A model generated the notes under the pieces. It saw nothing but the letters and a program-made list of their open reading frames with translations. It did no database searches and was not told the origin of the DNA. This document shows, piece after piece, positions 10,877-20,583 of a DNA stretch of 64,000 nucleotides (within the stretch, counting starts at the first letter, position 1; each line of letters begins with the position of its first letter). The stretch is from positions 71,712-135,711 of the forward strand of contig JAJRWB010000014.1 in assembly GCA_024276995.1 (NCBI GenBank), given 5' to 3'. Source of the stretch: Candidatus Eiseniibacteriota bacterium. GTDB taxonomy: Bacteria > Orphanbacterota > Orphanbacteria > Orphanbacterales > Orphanbacteraceae. Made by a program: the position numbers and the translations under genes.

Positions 10877-11854
10877 TTGAAGTCGATGAGGATCTTCCTG
10901 GCCCTCGCCGGGGTCGTCCTGATGCAGGGACCGGCGCAAGGGGGCGAGGTCTTCGCCAAGGTGGGAACCATCGGCGCCCAGTTTCTGAAACTAGGCGTGG
11001 GTGGTCGCGGCGTGGCGATGGGCGATGCGTTCGTCGCCGTGGCGGACGACGCGTCGGCGCTTTACTGGAACCCCGCGGGGATCGCCCAGCTGCAGGGGAA
11101 CAGCCATGTTTTTCTTTCCCATTCCACCTGGCCGGCGGAAATCGGCCATGAATTTGCCGGTTACGTCTTCACATACGGCTCGATTCCCGGTGTGCTCGGC
11201 GTGAGCGTCAACGTGCTGCAGATGGACCCGATGATCCGTACCACCGAGTACCACCCCGATGGGATCAACCTGGCGGGGTCGGAGGAACTCGAGCAGTTCG
11301 ACGCCGGCGATCTCGCCATCGGTTTCAGCTACGCCCAGTTTCTCACCGACAAATTCTCCTTCGGAGGAACGGTGAAGTGGATCCACCAGGGTCTGGAGGA
11401 GGAATTCGCCGAGGGGTTGAACTTCGACTTCGGAACGCTCTACCATACCGGTTTCCGGACGGTCACGGTGGGGATGACGATACAGAATATCGGTCCCGAA
11501 ATGAGCTTCATCGAGCAGCGTTTCTCCCCTCCGACGGCGTTCAAGCTCGGACTTTCGATGGATGCGTTCCGTGCGAACCGCCAGAACCTCCTCGTATCGA
11601 CCGAGTTTAACCACCTGAGTGATAACCAGGAGCGGGCGAACCTCGGCCTGGAGTACGAGTACACCCCTCTCGACAGAGTCTCCCTCGCCCTGCGCGGCGG
11701 TCTGACGCCGAAGCGGGATACGCAGCAGTACGCCTTCGGCTTCGGCGTCCGGTTCCCCACCAGCTCGAACGCCAGCGCGAAAGTGAACTACTCCTACAGC
11801 CAGCTCGATTTACTCGGAGGCGCGCACCAGATCAGTGTCAACCTGATCTACTGA
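10877..11854 (+). CDS. PorV/LptO-like outer-membrane beta-barrel protein (UPF0164 family)
   Basis: ORF 10853..11854. Signal peptide MRIFLALAGVVLMQG. The family motif ..GARGVAMGDAFVAVADDASALYWNPAG... Start taken as TTG 10877 or ATG 10886. Confidence 0.7.
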   Translation: MKSMRIFLALAGVVLMQGPAQGGEVFAKVGTIGAQFLKLGVGGRGVAMGDAFVAVADDASALYWNPAGIAQLQGNSHVFLSHSTWPAEIGHEFAGYVFTYGSIPGVLGVSVNVLQMDPMIRTTEYHPDGINLAGSEELEQFDAGDLAIGFSYAQFLTDKFSFGGTVKWIHQGLEEEFAEGLNFDFGTLYHTGFRTVTVGMTIQNIGPEMSFIEQRFSPPTAFKLGLSMDAFRANRQNLLVSTEFNHLSDNQERANLGLEYEYTPLDRVSLALRGGLTPKRDTQQYAFGFGVRFPTSSNASAKVNYSYSQLDLLGGAHQISVNLIY

Positions 11855-11894
11855 GCCGCGCGCCCGGTGACCGGCGGCCAAGGAGCGAACCGCC

Positions 11895-13394
11895 GTGAAA
11901 CGGTTTCTCACCCTTCTTCTCGTGATCGGGACGACCTTCGCATTGCCGCCGGTGATCCGCGCCGTGCGGGCGGATGGTGAACCGGCTTCCTCGTCGGGCG
12001 ATATCCGCTTCGTGTTCGACACGTCGTCGTTCCGAGGTTCCAACGCCGCCTCGCGGGAAGAGCTCTTCCTCCTCATCCCGAACCGGGAGCTGAAGTTCGT
12101 CAACCGGGGAAACGGACGCCTCGAGGCCGACATCGACGTTCGCGTACTGTTCAGGCGCTGGCCCACCGGGGAGGTTCTTCTCTACAAGACGATCAATGCG
12201 GTTCTCGAGACGCCGTCCAGCGAAGCGGCGAGGGGGATTCACGATCTGGAGGTGCTTCAGAAGCAGTTCTTCATCGAACCGGGACCGTTCGAGGTGGAGG
12301 TCACCGTTGCGGACCGGAACACCAGGGGCTTCGGTTTCTTCCACCTCTTCGGAAGGAGTCCGACGGAGGGAACCGCCTCGGGCCGTTTCGTGGCGAGGCG
12401 GTTCGCCCCGGAGGGACTTCAGCTTTCCGATCTCCTTTTCGCCCGGGGAACGGGAAAATCGATATCCGACGTGGTACCGAACCCGAACCGCCTCTACGGC
12501 GCGATGCTCCCGTCGCTTTCCTATTATTACGAAGCGTACGATCCTCCCGCCGATGGTGGAGATTCACCGGGAGAACTCTTTGTGCGCCACGAGATCGTGG
12601 GAGGCGACGGCACAGTTTATCTGAGGGAGGACCGGATACTCTCGCCCCTGGCCGAGGGGAAGGGATATCGGAACCGGATGAACCACGATCTGCGCTCACT
12701 GCCCGGCGGCGCGTACACCCTCCGGATCACGGCGAGGCCGCAGACACGCTCCGATTCGGTGATCGTCGAGGCGCCGTTTCACGTGGTGTGGCGCAAATCG
12801 GACATCTCCGCGCTGGAGGACGGTTCCGCCGCGGGCGACGAACTCTTCACCGAGATGAACCTCGACGACGAGATCGCCTCGCTCCGATACATTCTCGTTC
12901 CCGATGATCTTTCTCACCTCAAGGGCCTCCCCAGGGAGAAGCAGAAGGAGTGGATCGAGGCGTACTGGAAGGAGAAGGACCCGACGCCCGGAACGGAGGC
13001 GAACGAGCTGCGGATGGAGCATTACAGGAGGATTCAGCACGCGAATCAAAGATTCACCGCCATGCGCCAGAAGGGCATGGATACCGACAGGGGCCAGATC
13101 TACATCCGCTACGGCGAACCGGACGAGATCAGCAGCGGGTATTCGGCGCAATCGTTTATCACCCCCCTCGGGGGGCGCTCGCACCTTTCCGATCAGGCGG
13201 ACGTCACGGGATCACTCGGCGGCTTCAACGTCGAGGAAAAGGCGTACGAAATCTGGACGTATAGCGAACGAGGGCGTTTTCTCGGCGAGCGAAGAAATCG
13301 CGGAGCGGGGCTCGAGCTACGGTTCGTCTTCGTCGACGTGGAGGGTTGGGGCGATTACACCCTCATCCAAAGCACCGACCCGACGGAGTTCTGA
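11895..13394 (+). CDS. GWxTD-domain-like secreted protein
   Basis: GTG start with SD AAGGAG. Signal peptide MKRFLTLLLVIGTTFALPPVIRA. The C-terminal ..VDVEGWGDYTLIQSTDPTEF resembles the GWxTD family motif. This assignment is from memory. Confidence 0.65.
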   Translation: MKRFLTLLLVIGTTFALPPVIRAVRADGEPASSSGDIRFVFDTSSFRGSNAASREELFLLIPNRELKFVNRGNGRLEADIDVRVLFRRWPTGEVLLYKTINAVLETPSSEAARGIHDLEVLQKQFFIEPGPFEVEVTVADRNTRGFGFFHLFGRSPTEGTASGRFVARRFAPEGLQLSDLLFARGTGKSISDVVPNPNRLYGAMLPSLSYYYEAYDPPADGGDSPGELFVRHEIVGGDGTVYLREDRILSPLAEGKGYRNRMNHDLRSLPGGAYTLRITARPQTRSDSVIVEAPFHVVWRKSDISALEDGSAAGDELFTEMNLDDEIASLRYILVPDDLSHLKGLPREKQKEWIEAYWKEKDPTPGTEANELRMEHYRRIQHANQRFTAMRQKGMDTDRGQIYIRYGEPDEISSGYSAQSFITPLGGRSHLSDQADVTGSLGGFNVEEKAYEIWTYSERGRFLGERRNRGAGLELRFVFVDVEGWGDYTLIQSTDPTEF

Positions 13395-13408
13395 GGGGGA
13401 CAAAACGG

Positions 13409-13437
13409 TTGACAATACGGGGCGACCTTCGTAGAGT
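13409..13437 (+). promoter_or_regulatory. sigma-70-type promoter P1 (TTGACA-N17-TAGAGT) of the exbB-exbD-exbD-tonB operon
   Basis: Exact TTGACA at 13409-13414, a 17-nt spacer, then TAGAGT at 13432-13437, in a relatively AT-rich 174-nt intergenic region. Confidence 0.5.
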
Positions 13438-13506
13438 TTAGCTTTCTCAACAGGTTATGAGGTTCATCTTATCACGCTTTTTCGCGGGGAAATCAAATTC
13501 GACGAC

Positions 13507-13535
13507 TTGACGTGCCGTGGCGTCGCGATGATAGT
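13507..13535 (+). promoter_or_regulatory. possible second promoter P2 (TTGACG-N17-GATAGT) overlapping the GTCGCGAT direct repeats
   Basis: TTGACG at 13507-13512, a 17-nt spacer, then GATAGT at 13530-13535, 34 nt before the exbB ATG. The -10 is weaker than P1. Confidence 0.3.
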
Positions 13536-13568
13536 CGCGATAGCGGCCGGCACCGGAGGGGAGAGTTC

Positions 13569-14444
13569 ATGGCGTTTCAGGGCATCACACTGAGGAGCGT
13601 TTTCCGCCGGGGGGCGATCGTCGCCTTCCTTCTTCTCGCTTCATTCGCGTTCGCCGCGGCGCAGGATGCGCAGAGCGCCGCGGACATGCCGATGGACAGC
13701 GGCGCAGTGGCCGATACCATGGCCGGCATGACCGATACCTTGGCGACGGAGACCACCGATTCGCTCGCGGCCGGAATGACCATGGATACCGCCGAGCCGG
13801 AAGGGTTCATGGACCGGATCGCCAACAGCGGTCTCGTCACGCTCTTCCACAACGGCGGCACCTTCATGTGGCCGCTCCTCATCCTCTCGGTGATCGGCCT
13901 CGCCGTTTTCTTCGAGCGCTTCTGGACCTTCTCGAAGGCGAGGACGAATGTTCGTAAGTTCATGGCCCGTATCTCCAACGCGTTGACGAAGGAGGGGATC
14001 GAGGGCGCCATGCGGGTCTGCGAAGAGACGAGGGGACCGATATCCGCGGTGCTGCATGCCGGGTTGATGAAGGCGGGACGCGGTCCGGACGCGATCGAGA
14101 AGGCGATCCAGTCCTCGGGGACGATCGAGATGTCGTTTCTCGAGCGCGGGCTGGTGGTGATCTCCTCGGTGGCCACCATCGGGCCTCTTCTCGGCTTCCT
14201 CGGAACGGTGTCCGGGATGATCAACGCCTTCGAGGCGATCGCCGCCGCGGACCAAGTGAATGCGAAAGTGGTGGCGGGCGGTATCTCCGAAGCGCTGATC
14301 ACCACCGCCGCCGGGCTGATGATCGCGATTCCGGCGCAGGCGGCCTACAACTACTTCGTCGCTCAGATCGATAAGTTCATCATTGAAATGGAAGAGGCGT
14401 CCACCGAGATGATCGACACGCTGATCTCCATGGAGAGCGAGTAG
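13569..14444 (+). CDS. exbB: MotA/TolQ/ExbB proton-channel protein
   Basis: ORF 13512..14444. ATG at 13569 with SD GGAGGGGAG. A cleavable N-terminal region and three TM segments. The conserved C-terminal ..GLMIAIPAQAAYNYF.. motif. Confidence 0.85.
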   Translation: MAFQGITLRSVFRRGAIVAFLLLASFAFAAAQDAQSAADMPMDSGAVADTMAGMTDTLATETTDSLAAGMTMDTAEPEGFMDRIANSGLVTLFHNGGTFMWPLLILSVIGLAVFFERFWTFSKARTNVRKFMARISNALTKEGIEGAMRVCEETRGPISAVLHAGLMKAGRGPDAIEKAIQSSGTIEMSFLERGLVVISSVATIGPLLGFLGTVSGMINAFEAIAAADQVNAKVVAGGISEALITTAAGLMIAIPAQAAYNYFVAQIDKFIIEMEEASTEMIDTLISMESE

Positions 14445-14452
14445 ATCGCGGG

Positions 14453-14857
14453 ATGATTCTGAAGAAGAAAACACGCTCGGAGCCGGAGATCCCCAGTTCG
14501 TCGATGTCGGACGTCGCATTTCTCCTGCTCATTTTCTTCCTGGTGACCACCATTTTCAACCTCGAGCGGGGTCTCGACCTGACGCTGCCGAACTCCCAGT
14601 CGTCGCCGAAGCGGATCAACCCGAAGAATATCTGCGAAATCAAGATCGCCGCCACGGGGAAGATCACCATCGATGACAAGGAAGTGGGACTTCCGGAGAT
14701 CGAAACGATCGTCCGGAAAAGGGCGCTGGAGAACGAGAAGCTCATGTGCGTCATCGAAACCGATCCGAAGGCGTACTACGGTTTCATGGTCGATGTGCTC
14801 GATGAGCTGAAGACGGCGGAGGCCCGGAAGATCACGCTGCGGACGGGGAAGGGGTAG
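14453..14857 (+). CDS. exbD: biopolymer transport protein ExbD/TolR
   Basis: 134-aa ORF with ..SSMSDVAFLLLIFFLVTT.., the typical ExbD N-terminal TM segment. Confidence 0.85.
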   Translation: MILKKKTRSEPEIPSSSMSDVAFLLLIFFLVTTIFNLERGLDLTLPNSQSSPKRINPKNICEIKIAATGKITIDDKEVGLPEIETIVRKRALENEKLMCVIETDPKAYYGFMVDVLDELKTAEARKITLRTGKG

Positions 14858-14859
14858 CG

Positions 14860-15282
14860 GTGAGCCACAAGCGATTCAAGAGGAAGGCGGGGGCGCCGGC
14901 GGTGGTTCCCACATCATCGATGGCGGACATCGCGTTCCTCCTGCTGATCTTCTTCATGGTGAGCACGATTTTCAAGCTCGAGGACGGCCTCCCGGTTAAG
15001 CTGCCGAAGTCGGCGGACGCCGAACAGATCGCCCGGGAGAGAGTGGCGTACATCTGGATCGACAAGAGGGGCGAGCTGTCGATCAACGATAATATGGTCG
15101 ATCTCTCCGCGGTGGGAGGGATCGTACTCGGGAAACTCGCCCAGAATCCCGCGTTGATCATCGCTTTCAAGGCGGACGCGCAGGTGCCGTACGACCGAAT
15201 GGCCGACCTGATGGAGGAGCTGAAGAAGGTGAACGCCACGAAGGTCTCCTTTTCGGCCGACTTCGAGAAGAAAAGGCAGTAG
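14860..15282 (+). CDS. exbD: biopolymer transport protein ExbD/TolR (second copy)
   Basis: 140-aa paralogue with ..SSMADIAFLLLIFFMVSTIF... GTG start after SD GGGGAAGGGG. Confidence 0.85.
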   Translation: MSHKRFKRKAGAPAVVPTSSMADIAFLLLIFFMVSTIFKLEDGLPVKLPKSADAEQIARERVAYIWIDKRGELSINDNMVDLSAVGGIVLGKLAQNPALIIAFKADAQVPYDRMADLMEELKKVNATKVSFSADFEKKRQ

Positions 15283-15284
15283 CG

Positions 15285-15932
15285 ATGCAACAGTTCGCCA
15301 ACATCGAACTGAAACTCAATTTCCGGAAGTACTTCGATGTGGCGCTCATCCTTGCGGTGTTCGCCCATATCGCGGGGTTCTTCCTTTCTCCACGCTACAA
15401 GCCGGTGCCGTACGTTCCCCCACCGGACGACGAGATCGTGGTGATCGAGGAGCTCGAGGAGGTGGAGGTGCCCCTGCCCCCCGTGGAGGTCGCCCGTCCC
15501 CGGATTCCGATTGCCGCGGAATTCGCCGAGGTCGAGATCTCCGAGGAAGCGGATCCGGAGGAGACGATCGAGGACACCGATGTGGATATCGAGAACCCTT
15601 CCGCCGCGAGGCTGAACTATGTCGATCCCGGCGAAGGATCGGAGTTCACTTCGTTCAGCGATCCTCCGATGGAGAAGAGAATCTACAAGCCGGTCTATCC
15701 CGCCATCGCGAAGCAGGCCGGCATCGAAGGAACGGTGGTGGCGAAGGTGTATATCGATGAAAAGGGAAACGTGATCCGGGTCGAGATTCTCCAGTCTCCT
15801 TCGGAGATCTTCATTCAACCGGTGAAGGATGCTCTCTTCCGCAGCCAGTTCTATCCGGCGAAGCAAAGAGATATCCCGGTGAAGAGCACCGTGACCGTTC
15901 CCTTCGATTTCTTCCTGAAAGGGTCGGGCTGA
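15285..15932 (+). CDS. tonB: energy transducer TonB
   Basis: N-terminal TM segment, a Pro/Glu-rich spacer (VPYVPPPDDEIVVIEELEEVEVPLPPVEV) and a C-terminal TonB_C domain (..GIEGTVVAKVYIDEKGNV..VTVPFDF). Confidence 0.8.
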   Translation: MQQFANIELKLNFRKYFDVALILAVFAHIAGFFLSPRYKPVPYVPPPDDEIVVIEELEEVEVPLPPVEVARPRIPIAAEFAEVEISEEADPEETIEDTDVDIENPSAARLNYVDPGEGSEFTSFSDPPMEKRIYKPVYPAIAKQAGIEGTVVAKVYIDEKGNVIRVEILQSPSEIFIQPVKDALFRSQFYPAKQRDIPVKSTVTVPFDFFLKGSG

Positions 15933-16037
15933 TCGCTCCGTTCCGGACGATCGACTCGCCCGAATTCCCCTCCTCCCGGTTTTGGTTTTCCGTGATCCGC
16001 CGGAAGAGGATGACGGGGGGGCAGAAGTGAGCCGCCG

Positions 16038-16688
16038 GTGAGCGATATCGTCGATGTGTTGTTGCGGCCCTCGGAGTTTTTCCGATCTCTCCGGGAACGC
16101 CCCCGCTGGGTCATCGCCATGGCGGTGCTGTTGATCGTTACCGCCGCCGGGATGGTTCTTATTCTGAACGAAACGATCGACTTCGCCCGCCAGGCGGGGT
16201 TGAGCCAGGCGGCGAACGACGATTCCCGCCAGGCGATCGAACGGTTCTTCTCGCACCCCTTCTTCAAGGTATTCATCGTCGTCGCCCCCGGTGGGGCGCA
16301 GCTCTTTTCGGTTCTCCTCTACGGTGCTTTCGCCCTGCTGATCCTCGCCCTGAGCGGCGGGGGCCTCGAGGCGCGGCCGTACGGCCGGATCGTCACCGCC
16401 GGGCTCTGGTCGAAAATGGTCGAGATCCCCCACATGGTTCTTCTCGTCCCCCTCACGAAGATGAAGGGGTCGCCCGAAATCTATTTCGGGCCGGCGGCGT
16501 TCTTCACCGGTGACGTCACCGACCGGTGGTTCCGTTTCGTCGCCGGGTTCGACCTCTTTCAGATCTGGTCGCTCCTCCTGTTCGCCCTCGGCGTGCGGAT
16601 CTGCCTTCACGTTTCCACGCGCCGCGCGGCGGTGGCGGTGATTCTCCCCTGGCTGGTAAGGCAGGCGATCCGGCTCGCCTTGGGGTAG
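16038..16688 (+). CDS. Yip1-domain-like integral membrane protein
   Basis: 216-aa ORF with a GTG start. The N-terminus MSDIVDVLLRPSEFFRSL.. and 4-5 TM helices resemble the Yip1/DUF1282 family. Weak assignment. Confidence 0.45.
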   Translation: MSDIVDVLLRPSEFFRSLRERPRWVIAMAVLLIVTAAGMVLILNETIDFARQAGLSQAANDDSRQAIERFFSHPFFKVFIVVAPGGAQLFSVLLYGAFALLILALSGGGLEARPYGRIVTAGLWSKMVEIPHMVLLVPLTKMKGSPEIYFGPAAFFTGDVTDRWFRFVAGFDLFQIWSLLLFALGVRICLHVSTRRAAVAVILPWLVRQAIRLALG

Positions 16689-16780
16689 AGGAAACACGCG
16701 GGGCATCCCCGGCGTATGGACAGGAGTGAAACGATCGCGGTATGTGGATTCCCCGATGGACCGGTACGGAGGTGTGAGGA

Positions 16781-18118
16781 ATGAATCGATTGAAGCGGAC
16801 AACCCTCGGCGCGGCGTGTCTCCTGCTGGCCGGCACGATCGGCGCGAGCGCCGTTGCGTCGGAGAATGTCCTCCCGGAAGTGAAGCGCCTGGCGGCGGGC
16901 AAACCGGTGACCATCGATGAGTGCGTCAAGATCGCGCTCGCCCTCAACCCATCGCTTCTCGCGTCGGAGCGCGGCGCTTCGGCGAGCGACCGGGCGATCC
17001 TCGAGGCGTACGCGAACTACCTCCCCTCGGTGACCGGGAGGTTCGACGGTTCGCGGACGAGCGGTCAGATCACGGGTCCGTTCGGCAGTCTGAAGAGCGT
17101 GAAATTCGATCGTTTCAGCACGGGGGTCAGCATACGCCAGAACCTGTTCACCTATTCGGGCTACCGATCGATCACGGCGGCGAAGAAGAGTCGCGACGCG
17201 AAATTCGCCGGCGTGGAAGTCAAACGCCAGGAGCTGATTCTCCAGGTGAAGCAGGGATTCCACAACGTGATGAAGACGGAGGATCTTCTCGACGTGGCGA
17301 ACGAGAATCTCGTGGTGGGCGAAGAGCAGTTGAAGCTCGCCGAGAAGCGAAAGGAGGTGGGTGCCGGGGTGATCGCCTACGTCCTGAAGGCGAAGGCGCA
17401 GGTCGAGTCGAACCGGCTCGATGTGATCACCGCCGAGAAGAACGTCGCCACCGCGAAGGCGGAGCTTCTCTCCGCCCTCGGCCTCGACGTTTCCCTTCCT
17501 CTCGTGCTCAGCGAGCCTCCTCCCGTCGAGCCGTCGATCCCCCCCTTCGAGGAGAGCCTCCGCCTGGCGTACGAGAACCGGCCCGACCTTCTCGAGGGCG
17601 ATCTTAACTACCGGGCCGCCCGAGACGGTATCGGCCGGGCCCGCGGGGAGTGGATTCCGTCGCTTTCGGGCAACTTCTCCTACGGATGGCAGGATACGGA
17701 ACTCACCGAGGATTTCCTGGCCGACATCAACCGAACCTGGACCGCCTCGGTCAGCCTGAACATGCCTTTGTTCAACGCCGGCACGCTCTCGCGCATCCGC
17801 CAGAACCGAGCCCTAGCCGAGGAAGCGCACTGGAACCTCGAAAGCACGCGCCAAGCGATCGCCTTCGACGTGCAAGAGGCGATCCTCTCACTCGAGGAAT
17901 CGGCGAAGAAGATGGAAGTGGCCGAAAGAAACGTCTCCGCCGCCCAAGAGGATCTACGCGTTTCCCAGGGGAAGTACAAGCACGGCCTCGTCCCGATTCT
18001 CGATCTCATCGAATCGCAGGCGGCCCTCGCGAAGGCGCGGGCGGAAAAAGTCGAGGCTTTCCACACCTACCTCTCGTCGAGGGCGTCCTACGAGAAGGCG
18101 ATCGGGATCCCGGAGTAG
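16781..18118 (+). CDS. TolC-family outer-membrane efflux protein
   Basis: 445-aa ORF with SD GGAGG. Signal peptide. The coiled-coil repeat pattern typical of OEP/TolC proteins (..[29 protein letters not shown]..). Confidence 0.8.
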   Translation: MNRLKRTTLGAACLLLAGTIGASAVASENVLPEVKRLAAGKPVTIDECVKIALALNPSLLASERGASASDRAILEAYANYLPSVTGRFDGSRTSGQITGPFGSLKSVKFDRFSTGVSIRQNLFTYSGYRSITAAKKSRDAKFAGVEVKRQELILQVKQGFHNVMKTEDLLDVANENLVVGEEQLKLAEKRKEVGAGVIAYVLKAKAQVESNRLDVITAEKNVATAKAELLSALGLDVSLPLVLSEPPPVEPSIPPFEESLRLAYENRPDLLEGDLNYRAARDGIGRARGEWIPSLSGNFSYGWQDTELTEDFLADINRTWTASVSLNMPLFNAGTLSRIRQNRALAEEAHWNLESTRQAIAFDVQEAILSLEESAKKMEVAERNVSAAQEDLRVSQGKYKHGLVPILDLIESQAALAKARAEKVEAFHTYLSSRASYEKAIGIPE

Positions 18119-18120
18119 GG

Positions 18121-18825
18121 GTGAGCCGGGAAGCGATCATCGAGGCGAAAGGCCTCTCGAAGACATACCTCCTCGGCAGGCTCGAAGTGCCCGCCCTCAG
18201 GGGCGTCTCGTTCCGGGTACGCCCGAACGAGTATATCGCCGTGATGGGACCTTCCGGTTCGGGAAAGTCGACCCTCATGAACCTGATCGGCTGCCTCGAC
18301 ACGCCGACCGCGGGGGAATACCGTCTCGACGGTGAACTCGTCTCCGCCATGGACGACGATCAACTCGCCTCGATCCGGAACGGGAAGATCGGCTTCGTCT
18401 TCCAGACGTTCAATCTTCTCCCAAGGGCGGACGCCTTTCAGAACGTCGAGCTTCCGCTGATCTACGCAGGGTTGTCGAAAGCGAAGAGAAGGCGTCGCGT
18501 GGAAGAGGCGATCGAAGCGGTGGGTCTCACCGAAAGGAGCCACCATCGGCCGAGCGAACTCTCCGGCGGACAACGCCAGAGGATCGCCATCGCGAGGGCG
18601 CTCGTGAACCGTCCGGCGCTCCTTCTCGCCGACGAACCGACGGGCAACCTGGACAGCGTCACAGGCGAGGAGATCATGGGGCTCTTCGGGAAGCTCCACG
18701 ACGCGGGGAACACGATCATCCTCGTCACCCACGAGGAATACATCGCCAGGAAGTCGAACCGGCTGATCCGCCTTCGCGACGGACGGATCGAAGAAGACAG
18801 GCCGGTCGGGAGAGTGGAAGGATGA
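18121..18825 (+). CDS. ABC transporter ATP-binding protein, MacB/LolD type (ATPase only)
   Basis: ORF 17650..18825. GTG at 18121 immediately after the tolC stop. Walker [11 protein letters not shown]-loop, signature LSGGQRQR, Walker [13 protein letters not shown] and the H-loop. Confidence 0.85.
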   Translation: MSREAIIEAKGLSKTYLLGRLEVPALRGVSFRVRPNEYIAVMGPSGSGKSTLMNLIGCLDTPTAGEYRLDGELVSAMDDDQLASIRNGKIGFVFQTFNLLPRADAFQNVELPLIYAGLSKAKRRRRVEEAIEAVGLTERSHHRPSELSGGQRQRIAIARALVNRPALLLADEPTGNLDSVTGEEIMGLFGKLHDAGNTIILVTHEEYIARKSNRLIRLRDGRIEEDRPVGRVEG

Positions 18826-19910
18826 CGGTGTCCGACGCCGTCGTCCGCGCGGCCGGGCTTCGCCGCTCCATCGGGCGGATCGCCGCACGGTTCTACCGGC
18901 GCTTCACGAGGGTCGACCTGACGGTTCGTTGCCGGGGGGCGAAGGTGATCGTTTCGGGGGTGTGCACCTCCCGTGGCGCGGCCGGTGAAGTTCGGGCCCT
19001 CACGGAGACGATGAGAGGTGTGGAGGAGCGAATCGAGGGCCCGTGGGGAGGTAGGGAGGGAAAGTTCCTCATCGCCGCCGCGCCGGTCGTTCCCCTTCGG
19101 GACGAGCCGCGCCACGGCGGGTCGATGGTGACCCAGGCGGTGATGGGCGAGACCCTCGAAGAGATCGTTCGCGTGAAAGGGGAGGGGTGGGCTCTCGTAC
19201 GGGGATGGGACGGTTACCTCGGGTATGTGGCTTTGCGCGAAACGACGCCGCTAAGAGGCGAACCGTCGCGGCGGACGGAGCCGGCGGTCCGCGTTACGAC
19301 GCCGATCGCCGCCCTTCGCGAGGCGCCCCGCCGGGACGCGTCGGTGGTCACGCGACTTCCCTTCGATTCGCTTCTGACGTTGGTCCGCCGGACCGATAGC
19401 GATTTCGAACTCGAGTTGCCGTCCGGCGAAAGAGCCTGGCTCGACGGGGCGGACGGTGAGATCGAGAAAGAGCGGCCCCGCCATTACGATCCCGTTGATC
19501 TCATCGCCCGGGCGAGAGAGATGCTCGGCGCACCCTATCTCTGGGGAGGAACCTCTCCTTTCGGATTCGACTGTTCCGGCCTTGTTCAGCGGCTCTTTCT
19601 CCATCACAAGGTTCTCCTCCCCCGCGACGCCGACCTCCAGGCCCGTGCGGTAGGCGATCTTTCTAGAAACCGTACGACCCTTCCGGGGGATCTCCTCTTC
19701 TTCGGTGAGGACCGCGTCGATCACGTGGCGATCTCCCTCGGGGGGGACGATTTTCTCCACGCCTCCGGCTGGGTCCGGATCGAATCGCTTGACGACCGCT
19801 CGCCCCTCTTCCGTGCCGACCTGAAGTCGCGCTTCACCGGATCGGGAAGAGTGAGGAACTTCGGTGCCTCCTCCCACGGAAGCGACCTGTTCGAGGGAGG
19901 GGGGGGGTGA
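18822..19910 (+). CDS. NlpC/P60-family (C40) peptidoglycan endopeptidase with an N-terminal SH3-like region
   Basis: ATGA overlap with the upstream gene. The C-terminal catalytic region ..[32 protein letters not shown].. is the Cys-His C40 signature. Confidence 0.75.
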   Translation: MTVSDAVVRAAGLRRSIGRIAARFYRRFTRVDLTVRCRGAKVIVSGVCTSRGAAGEVRALTETMRGVEERIEGPWGGREGKFLIAAAPVVPLRDEPRHGGSMVTQAVMGETLEEIVRVKGEGWALVRGWDGYLGYVALRETTPLRGEPSRRTEPAVRVTTPIAALREAPRRDASVVTRLPFDSLLTLVRRTDSDFELELPSGERAWLDGADGEIEKERPRHYDPVDLIARAREMLGAPYLWGGTSPFGFDCSGLVQRLFLHHKVLLPRDADLQARAVGDLSRNRTTLPGDLLFFGEDRVDHVAISLGGDDFLHASGWVRIESLDDRSPLFRADLKSRFTGSGRVRNFGASSHGSDLFEGGGG

Positions 19911-20128
19911 TGTTCGCCGCGTTCTTCCGTTTCCTCTTCGCCCTTTTCCTCTTTCGCATCGCCTGGGGGGTGGGTCGGTGGCTTTTCGGGATCGATTCCT
20001 CCCGCCGCGGTCGCAGGCCGCGGGCGCCGGGCGAAGCAGGTAAAGGAGACGACGCCCCTTTCGGCGGCGCACCGGTGGAGGATGCCGAGTGGGAAGAGGT
20101 CGACCGGGGAAAGGGGAAATCGTCTTGA
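19907..20128 (+). CDS. small membrane protein, DUF4834-like
   Basis: 73-aa ORF overlapping the upstream stop (ATGA). N-terminal TM segment [22 protein letters not shown]. An acidic C-terminus ..VEDAEWEEVDRGK resembles DUF4834 proteins. Confidence 0.35.
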   Translation: MMFAAFFRFLFALFLFRIAWGVGRWLFGIDSSRRGRRPRAPGEAGKGDDAPFGGAPVEDAEWEEVDRGKGKSS

Positions 20129-20154
20129 CGGAGCGGGCGTGCCGTCTCTATAGT
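20125..20154 (+). promoter_or_regulatory. sigma-70-type promoter TTGACG-N18-TATAGT
   Basis: TTGACG at 20125-20130, an 18-nt spacer, then TATAGT at 20149-20154. AGGAGG and an ATG at 20184 follow. Confidence 0.45.
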
Positions 20155-20183
20155 CTGAGCAGGCTCAGGAGGATTGAAACACG

Positions 20184-20567
20184 ATGAAACCGTTGTTTTT
20201 CCGGCGACGTGACGGCGAGCGGAGCATCATGCTCCTCGACGTGGCGGTCGTCGTTTCCGCACTCATTCTCGTCGCCTTGCTGCAGCTTTCCATCATGCAC
20301 AGGAACGCCGTCTTCGCCCAGGAGGAGACGTGCCGGAAGCAGCTGAAGTGGATCGCCCGGGCCGAGGAGCGATACTACGCCTCCCATGCCGAGTACGCCG
20401 ACACGTTTCGGAAACTGGCGCCCTTCTTCAGCGATCTGAACAGCTTTCTCTGCCCGACGTCGCACGAGGTCTATTCCCTCGGTATCGACGAGGTGGGGCG
20501 TTACATGGTGGAGTGCCAGTTCGCGGGGCACGGGGCGATCTTGTCGGGCGATCCGGACTGGGAGTAG
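20184..20567 (+). CDS. hypothetical small membrane-anchored protein (pilin-like N-terminal helix, Cys pair)
   Basis: 127-aa ORF after a promoter and SD. A single N-terminal TM segment (MLLDVAVVVSALILVALLQL) followed by a Cys-containing globular part. No confident family. Confidence 0.4.
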   Translation: MKPLFFRRRDGERSIMLLDVAVVVSALILVALLQLSIMHRNAVFAQEETCRKQLKWIARAEERYYASHAEYADTFRKLAPFFSDLNSFLCPTSHEVYSLGIDEVGRYMVECQFAGHGAILSGDPDWE

Positions 20568-20583
20568 GCCGGAGCCTGGAGGG

